DNA of 64,000 nt from Bacteroidota bacterium (lineage in GTDB: Bacteria > Bacteroidota > Bacteroidia > NS11-12g > UBA955). The stretch is from contig JAEUUL010000022.1 of NCBI GenBank assembly GCA_016787485.1, positions 51,887-115,886 of the forward strand. The letters are read 5' to 3'. The position numbers were made by a program, and so were the translations under genes. Below are positions 58,901 to 64,000 of this stretch, one piece after another. Every line of letters begins with the position of its first letter. The stretch's first letter is position 1. The notes beneath the pieces are model-generated. The model ran no database searches. It saw only the letters and a list, made by a program, of their open reading frames with translations, and was not told the DNA's origin.

Positions 58901-59546
58901 GCTTGCCCTGCGTGATACGCTTTTGCGCACCAAGCCGGGTGACAGGGTCATAGTTACTTACAGCGGACACGGTGTGCTGAGCAGGAATTATGACTATTTC
59001 CTGAGCACCAGTGAAACAGATTTTGAAAACCCGGAAAACACCTGCATCTCTTATTCAGATCTGCTGGGCATTCTCGACAGTATCCCGGCGCGCCACAAAT
59101 TGCTGTTGCTGGATGCATGCCACAGCGGGGATATAGACCGGGAGGGAACCCAGTTGATTCAGACAGAAGACACTGCGGGAATACACGGAGGTTTTTCTGC
59201 CCGCGGCGCCCGCCTGGGCAATGCAACCGAACAGAATACCGCACAGGCTTTTGCCCTGATGCAGAATTTGTTCGTGCAGGTAAACAATGGGAATGGCACC
59301 ACGGTGTGTTCAGCATCAGCGGGTACAGACTACGCGCTGGAAAGCACTGCCTGGGGAAACGGCGCTTTTACCTATTGCCTGTTAAAAGGGCTGCGGAAAC
59401 GCAAGGCGGATAAAAACCACAACAAAACTGTGGAACTGTCAGAAATGAAAAAGTATTTGCTGAAGGAGGTACCGGCCTTAACCCAGGGAAGGCAGCAGCC
59501 CGGCTTCAGAATAGAAAACCTGCAGGACGACTGGGTGGTGTGGTGA
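55971..59546 (+). CDS. Secreted WD40/beta-propeller repeat protein with C-terminal caspase-like (peptidase C14) domain
   Basis: Signal peptide; WD-like repeats (GTIVVWD, GRVFWWE, GSIIFWD); C-terminal catalytic dyad context VIVTYSGHG (His) and LLLDACHSGD (Cys). Confidence 0.75.
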   Translation: MKSLIACICALIFLPLGAQKPNTVVQAGNGSKISLIAGSYNGLMYAAGDKEGTIVVWDAVNQGQVGHFHIPTDSSRSSRPGLNMLISGPDVAHAGLEDFQFVDAKGLNEVAAITFNPSNTYLAASDQTGRVFWWEIETRSLKGSLPPFKSGKSSLKVRKLAYDRSGNYLLIQGSQFYIYSLSENRVVYNNPDIVAFDRDIAADILYFIEKGTNKKEQPILSLSRSKKGIVDFMKNSKTEPLKSKLCRSLHGRQGLMPKFKPENLNLIVADSHMRGIKYGQTLAWEENGRYHLRTTGGFVNDGAGTFAITPRHEVALAQGELYLWRGKDAKNLSKKWKNFVRTNAVSCDALRDLLLVNNGNSLQALDRYSGRTLQFGGGDFSVISMEKGAAQTLYNRMSSVYDGWVSGIRTFNYTQVPPVSNYIPGTHRFYSAVAEQQIALTRRNRIQLRDADNRILHQKVTDNHTMFTQPIMWFVRGMYLMGGMYVVARTSHWSVAVVKNAAYSQKHNLLFYYTQKIPYGGQRIEVFDVTRNKKRPGIKVYGKDISALALSGDEAYLTSAGKNCVLCEKTSISVHPIENIGTRKNKPVLRIADSASRTAEHLALCRNWLAVGTREVKEVFETRKNKTILIGARKTQFIRLFQFPSGQVSDTLYGTSGPFAFTHNGKMLCYARKQSLVLYNPETRTEEVTWPAHTAPVTSVAWDSAHGQIITSSMDGSIIFWDGDTHKKLASLFQGKNEFVLLTPDGYYTASARGTSAVGYGLGTRFISFEQYDLQYNRPDIVYERLGWYGPEVTGILRMAREKRLKHFGFDSSLFKPDPAMLPAIEIQNKWQIPMETTQQEFLLRFRSSSGADPVERLRLEINGVPLFGSHGLLYPKNGLDSLRFPLNAGDNEVKLYLVTRRGFESIREVLRIRYVPEKKEIPQTWTIHIGAGKFADSSMNLRYAAKDASDLKNFFQTRKNVRSLLLTDDQVTRKNLLALRDTLLRTKPGDRVIVTYSGHGVLSRNYDYFLSTSETDFENPENTCISYSDLLGILDSIPARHKLLLLDACHSGDIDREGTQLIQTEDTAGIHGGFSARGARLGNATEQNTAQAFALMQNLFVQVNNGNGTTVCSASAGTDYALESTAWGNGAFTYCLLKGLRKRKADKNHNKTVELSEMKKYLLKEVPALTQGRQQPGFRIENLQDDWVVW

Positions 59547-59562
59547 GATTATTCACCCCGCA

Positions 59563-60357
59563 TCAGAACCCATCCCCGTCAAACAAGTTCCCGATACCCC
59601 CAAGTACTGAGCCTTCCTCTTTGCGGCGACCGGTTCCGTAACTCAGAATGCGGCTGGCCAGGCGGCTTACCGGCAGCGTCTGCAGCCATACCTTACCCGG
59701 ACCGCGCATCACGGCGAAAAATAGGCCTTCTCCCCCGAAAACAGCATTGCGGATGCCTTTCACAAATTCAATATCAAAATCGATGTCTTTGGTATATGCT
59801 ACAACGCAGCCGGTATCTATTCTCAGGATTTCACCGGGTGCCAGGGTGCGTTCCATGATATGGCCGCCGGCATGTACAAAAGTCAGGCCATCGCCCTCCA
59901 GTTTCTGCATAATGAAACCTTCACCCCCAAACAAGCCTGTTCCCAGTTTTCGCTGAAATTCGATTCCCACACTTACACCCTTGGCTGCACAGAGAAACGC
60001 ATCTTTCTGACATATAATTTTTCCTCCCAGTTCATAAAGGTCCAGGGGAATAATTTTTCCGGCATACGGTGCGGCAAATGCCACCCGGCGCTTACCCCCA
60101 CCCAGATTTGAGAAGGCGGTCATAAAGAGACTTTCACCGGTAAGCAGACGCTTGCCCGCACTCAGCAGTTTGTCCATAAAACCACTTCCCCCGCTGCGGC
60201 TGCCGTCACCAAAAATGGTCTCCATCTGGATGTCGTTGTCCATATACATAAAACTGCCGCTTTCTGCGATAACGGTTTCCTGCGGATCCAGTTCTATTTC
60301 CACACATTGCATTTCTTCGCCCAGCAGGCGGTAATCGATTTCATGATTGCTTCTCAT
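59563..60357 (-). CDS. TIGR00266/AIM24 (DUF124) family protein
   Basis: AESGSFMYMD...GESLFMTAF...ICQKDAFLCA...GLFGGEGFIMQKLEGDG...HAGGHI...IDTGCVVAY matches the DUF124 family pattern. Confidence 0.8.
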   Translation of the reverse strand: MRSNHEIDYRLLGEEMQCVEIELDPQETVIAESGSFMYMDNDIQMETIFGDGSRSGGSGFMDKLLSAGKRLLTGESLFMTAFSNLGGGKRRVAFAAPYAGKIIPLDLYELGGKIICQKDAFLCAAKGVSVGIEFQRKLGTGLFGGEGFIMQKLEGDGLTFVHAGGHIMERTLAPGEILRIDTGCVVAYTKDIDFDIEFVKGIRNAVFGGEGLFFAVMRGPGKVWLQTLPVSRLASRILSYGTGRRKEEGSVLGGIGNLFDGDGF

Positions 60358-60439
60358 AGGTTTCAGAATTTCCGGCTTCAAAAAAAAAGAACATGAGGGT
60401 AAGTTGCATGAAAATTGTATTAACGGAGTACAATTTCCG

Positions 60440-61345
60440 ATGCACAGACGTATTGCCGTGATTTTCACCCTGATCTGCAGTTTTTCGCTGCAGGCGCAGA
60501 TAACAGATCAAATAAAGAAAGAAAGCAAAGAGAATACGAAGAAACGAAGTTCATCATCCTCTTCTTCTTCGTCCTCTTCTTCTTCGTCCAACTCAGACGG
60601 CAGCAGCCTTGCCTGTGATTTCTGCGGCTGTTTGCTTCAATCCCTCTTTTCCGGCTCTTCATCGGGCAACAACAGCACCAATGCATCAACCCGGATACCC
60701 TCCAATACCCTTACTCCGGGACCTGATGTGGTTGCACCCCGCGGCCCCGCCGATACATCCACAACCCTGGGGGCGGTTGCCGGAAATGGAAATACCTCAT
60801 CGGTCAATTCCACTGGTATACGCAAAAAACAACCAAGACAATTTCTGGAACTTACCAGCACCATTGGCGGAATTCCGGTAAATCAATATCCTGTAACTGT
60901 GGAAGCCGGAGTAATCAGGGGCATATATTCTCCCTCCATTCGCATGTATACCTTGCTCGATCAGCGACCAGGACGCACAGACCAAATCAGTTACTGGGAT
61001 ATGCAGGTTTTCAGAATTGCATTTGGCAATCAGGGTCAACCGATCCGCGTATTCATTGGCGGCGGCCCTTTGCTCGAGGGTTTCAGCGGAAACGTATTTG
61101 CCTGTTTTTCCGGTCGGGCAGACCTGATGCCCACAAAGAGAATATTTACCAAACTGGAAGGCCGCATCGCCCTGGATGGTAAATCCGAATCTTATGTATG
61201 GTCCGAAGCCAATCTGAGTCTGCTTTACAGACTCAATCCAAAATCAAAAACAGCCATTTACGCCGGATTGTATGGCATCACGCAGCGGTTTTATGAAACA
61301 ATCAAATTGAATTCACTGGGTGCCAGTGTATCCATAAGATTGTAA
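60440..61345 (+). CDS. Hypothetical secreted/outer-membrane protein with N-terminal poly-Ser tract
   Basis: Signal peptide MHRRIAVIFTLICSFSLQAQ; a run of 13 consecutive Ser residues, which begins with the 10 Ser encoded by the 15-bp tandem repeat. Confidence 0.5.
   Translation: MHRRIAVIFTLICSFSLQAQITDQIKKESKENTKKRSSSSSSSSSSSSSSNSDGSSLACDFCGCLLQSLFSGSSSGNNSTNASTRIPSNTLTPGPDVVAPRGPADTSTTLGAVAGNGNTSSVNSTGIRKKQPRQFLELTSTIGGIPVNQYPVTVEAGVIRGIYSPSIRMYTLLDQRPGRTDQISYWDMQVFRIAFGNQGQPIRVFIGGGPLLEGFSGNVFACFSGRADLMPTKRIFTKLEGRIALDGKSESYVWSEANLSLLYRLNPKSKTAIYAGLYGITQRFYETIKLNSLGASVSIRL
60557..60586 (+). repeat. Perfect 15-bp direct tandem duplication (tcctcttcttcttcg x2) encoding the poly-Ser tract
   Basis: Read directly from the sequence; the repeat is in frame (5 codons per unit). 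Confidence 0.8.
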
Positions 61346-61348
61346 AAT

Positions 61349-61747
61349 TTACTCCTGCTCGTGATAATCCGGCAATTCAGTATCAGATGCCGGAGGAATT
61401 TCGTGTTCGCGGCCCTTGCGGTTTTGCGCAGCCAGAGTCTCCCCGTCGCTATGGGTGGTTTCCAGCCACACCTGACCCGATTTGCGAAAAACCTGCACAT
61501 GCAGACCGGCAGCGGTTAAAAACCAACCCTCCAGTTGTTTCACTGTCATTTCTGCATTTACTTCCCACGCAACAGTTTCGGCTACACCTGCCGATTGGTT
61601 ATAATCGCTGATCAATGCTGACTTGGGTGTGCCATGACCGGCTTCGTGACCGGCTTCGAAAAATTCGAGTTTCAGGTATGGAAAATGGTTATGAAACTCC
61701 TGACGAATTTCACGTAAAGTGGTATTGGGATTGATTTGAAATTTCAT
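61349..61747 (-). CDS. Hypothetical protein (132 aa)
   Basis: ORF directly downstream of the FAH-family gene on the same strand; no motif recognised. Confidence 0.4.
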   Translation of the reverse strand: MKFQINPNTTLREIRQEFHNHFPYLKLEFFEAGHEAGHGTPKSALISDYNQSAGVAETVAWEVNAEMTVKQLEGWFLTAAGLHVQVFRKSGQVWLETTHSDGETLAAQNRKGREHEIPPASDTELPDYHEQE

Positions 61748-61763
61748 GTTGTTTAAATGGATT

Positions 61764-62783
61764 TTATTGTTCTTGTGAAACCGTTTTTTTGTTCTTTAAT
61801 ATAGAAAAATCGGAGGCCTCTTTTACAATGGAATTGCGAAGTACACCCAATCCGTCAATTTGCATCACTACCTCATCTCCGGGCTGCAACCACTGTTCCT
61901 GGTAGTTTGGATCATTCAGCCTGCCTGTTCCGTTCAGTTCCAGAAAACAGCCCGTACCCACTGTACCACTTCCTATTACATCTCCGGGGTAAACATCCAC
62001 GCCATAGGCACAGCGTTCAACAATTTCTGCAAAAGTCCAGTCCATGTCACCCATATTTCCGCGGCTTACTTCCACTCCGTTTACCATACAGGTCATGTTC
62101 AGGTTGTAATTGGCCCCCACATGGCCCGGTTTGGCAGGAATGCGGTATTGCTCCAGTTCATCAGGGGTTACCAGCCACGGACCGATAACAGTGCTGAAAT
62201 CCTTGCCTTTGGCAGGTCCCAGATTTAAAAGCATTTCCTCCATCTGCAGTCTGCGCGCACTCATGTCGTTCATAATCATATAACCGGCTATATAGGCATC
62301 GGCTTCTTCTGCTCTGATGTTACGTCCTTTCCTGCCTATTACAATTGCCGACTCCAATTCAAAATCAAGTTTTTCAAAATGGTCCGGCATACAGCGGATT
62401 TCACCCGGACCCTGTATGGCATTGTGGTTGGTGAAGTACATTATCGGGTACTGATCAAATTCCGGGATCATGGGCACTCCGCGGTTGCGGCGGGCAGCAG
62501 CTACATGCTGCCTGAATGCATAACCATCCCTGCAACTGGTGGGGTGTGGAACCGGGGCCAACAGGTTTTTTTCATCATATGGAACAGCCAGATTACGGTG
62601 AGCTCCGCCACGTATCTCCGATTCAAGATCACGTGCAATGGCGCTGTTTTGTTCCCAGTTCTGCAGGAAAGTGGTCATTTCAGCAGGCAGGTTTGGGTTC
62701 ATTTTGGGCAGGGAATAAATGTGATTCTCAACCAGCAGGCCGGTTTGAACTTTTCCCTGATGTAAAAAAGATACCAGTTTCAT
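61764..62783 (-). CDS. Fumarylacetoacetate hydrolase (FAH) family protein
   Basis: The 339 aa length fits the family; C-terminal FAH-fold pattern (GDVIGSGTVGTGCFLELNG). Confidence 0.7.
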   Translation of the reverse strand: MKLVSFLHQGKVQTGLLVENHIYSLPKMNPNLPAEMTTFLQNWEQNSAIARDLESEIRGGAHRNLAVPYDEKNLLAPVPHPTSCRDGYAFRQHVAAARRNRGVPMIPEFDQYPIMYFTNHNAIQGPGEIRCMPDHFEKLDFELESAIVIGRKGRNIRAEEADAYIAGYMIMNDMSARRLQMEEMLLNLGPAKGKDFSTVIGPWLVTPDELEQYRIPAKPGHVGANYNLNMTCMVNGVEVSRGNMGDMDWTFAEIVERCAYGVDVYPGDVIGSGTVGTGCFLELNGTGRLNDPNYQEQWLQPGDEVVMQIDGLGVLRNSIVKEASDFSILKNKKTVSQEQ

Positions 62784-62813
62784 TCACCGGCAAAAATACG
62801 ATGAACTGCCCCT

Positions 62814-63539
62814 TCAGCGGGTAAGTACGATATAATCATTCACAGCTTTTCTCAAAAACCGCTGTGGGTCGGACGGTACGGTATGTAATTGCAACAAACC
62901 GGCAAGGTGCAGCGCCGCTTCCCTCACCGCCGAATTATACACATTCTGGCTGTATTCACTCCGGCTGTTCAGCAGGTTCTTTAACAACAGGATATGCTTT
63001 TCCTCTATATGCTTTATTTCCGGATACTCAACGGTATCGGCGGGATTGGTTGCATGGAGGTTCAATATATTTTCCAGGGTAAAATGCACGCTGGGTTTGT
63101 TTTTCACCAGCACAGTGCCTGCCAGTAAATCCCCCAGACGCTGGCGGTTTTCGGTTCCCAGCATCATGAGCAAACCCAACGCCCCGGCAGAAAAAGTAAG
63201 ATCCAGGGGTCGCATAATCCAGCGAAGAAAATAATCTGGAAAAGTAAGGCTTGCTCCATCGGTGCGCATCACTCGGATCCCCAGTATGAGTTTGCCCACA
63301 CTGCGGCCCCTCATAAAAAATTCGCAGAACAAATGATAAAAGGTAAACCCAATGAACAGAACCCACTGAAACAGGAGTCCGCCACCGGAAAAACCCAAAA
63401 ACAAACTCAGCGCAAAAGCAAAAAGACCCAGTACACAAAAATCCAGCAGAGTGGCTCCAATCCTTTGTATAACCCCGGCGAGCTCATAAGCCACATCCAC
63501 GCTTTGGGCCGTGCGTATTTCTATCTGTTTTACCGCCAT
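62814..63539 (-). CDS. RDD-family membrane protein
   Basis: Three TM helices; the size and pattern fit RDD-domain proteins. Confidence 0.5.
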   Translation of the reverse strand: MAVKQIEIRTAQSVDVAYELAGVIQRIGATLLDFCVLGLFAFALSLFLGFSGGGLLFQWVLFIGFTFYHLFCEFFMRGRSVGKLILGIRVMRTDGASLTFPDYFLRWIMRPLDLTFSAGALGLLMMLGTENRQRLGDLLAGTVLVKNKPSVHFTLENILNLHATNPADTVEYPEIKHIEEKHILLLKNLLNSRSEYSQNVYNSAVREAALHLAGLLQLHTVPSDPQRFLRKAVNDYIVLTR

Positions 63540-63605
63540 GGTGGGTCAAATTTACAGAATAAAACAAATGCGGCAACGTGGTCTTCAGTACCTTTGTATC
63601 ATTCT

Positions 63606-64000
63606 ATGTCATTTGCCGGTCTCAATCTCAATACTGCCCTGTTAAACGCACTGGATGAGATGGGGTATTCCCGCCCCACCGTCATTCAGGAAAAAGTATT
63701 TTCTCCGGTTATGTCTGGCCGTGATATTCTGGCCACTGCGCAACCTGGCACCGGCAAAACCCTGGCTTACCTGCTTCCCATGCTCAGGCAACTCACCTTC
63801 AGCAAGCAGAAAGACCCACGCTTACTGGTTCTGGTACCTACCCGTGAACTTGTACTGCAGGTTGAAGAAGAGGCCAACAAGCTCACACGGTATATGAATG
63901 TGCGTATAGGAGCTGTGTATGGCGGAACAAATATGAACACTCAGAAACAGCGGGTTATGGAAGGGCTCGATTTGCTGGTGGCTACACCGGGACGCCTGCT
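63606..64000 (+). CDS. DEAD-box ATP-dependent RNA helicase (N-terminal fragment, runs off the window end)
   Basis: Q-motif region (F..L.L...L.AL.EMGY..PT.IQ) and Walker A AQPGTGKTLAY. Confidence 0.85.
   Translation, partial: MSFAGLNLNTALLNALDEMGYSRPTVIQEKVFSPVMSGRDILATAQPGTGKTLAYLLPMLRQLTFSKQKDPRLLVLVPTRELVLQVEEEANKLTRYMNVRIGAVYGGTNMNTQKQRVMEGLDLLVATPGRL

Noticed and set aside
1-64000. CRISPR arrays, rRNA/tRNA genes, transposases or integrases
   Set aside because: I saw no direct-repeat/spacer periodicity, no recognisable transposase or integrase motifs in any ORF, and no confident cloverleaf candidates in the intergenic regions by eye. A tRNAscan-SE/Infernal run would be needed to exclude small RNAs formally.

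Overview
This window looks like a chromosomal segment from a Bacteroidota genome, probably a gliding, T9SS-bearing Chitinophagia/Cytophagia/Sphingobacteriia-like organism. I infer this from the TAnnTTTG-type -7 promoter elements, the T9SS C-terminal sorting domains, the GldE-like and Mla genes, and roughly 50-55% GC in the core genes. Most of the window is ordinary housekeeping or envelope content, covered in the feature list. The clearly accessory part is the left end, about 1..4780. It holds an MmeI-family single-chain type IIG restriction-modification enzyme whose central, presumed target-recognition region is sharply AT-rich relative to the rest of the gene. Divergently transcribed from it is an AT-rich, translationally coupled pair of small ORFs of unknown function, with the second ORF showing HEPN-like N-terminal helices. 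An AT-rich lipoprotein gene follows, and the whole block abuts nrdJ. I regard the two-ORF cassette beside the RM gene as the best candidate for an undescribed defence or abortive-infection-type module. Other items worth a look are a secreted WD40-caspase (C14) fusion protein that is translationally coupled to an outer-membrane protein, archaeal-type enzymes (a GGGPS homologue and a ComA-family sulfolactate synthase), a perfect 15-bp tandem duplication encoding a poly-Ser tract, and an unusually long leader upstream of nrdJ. No CRISPR array, rRNA, transposase or integrase was seen, and I could not confidently identify any tRNA by eye. All functional calls rest on motifs read directly from the ORF translations; no database searches were run.
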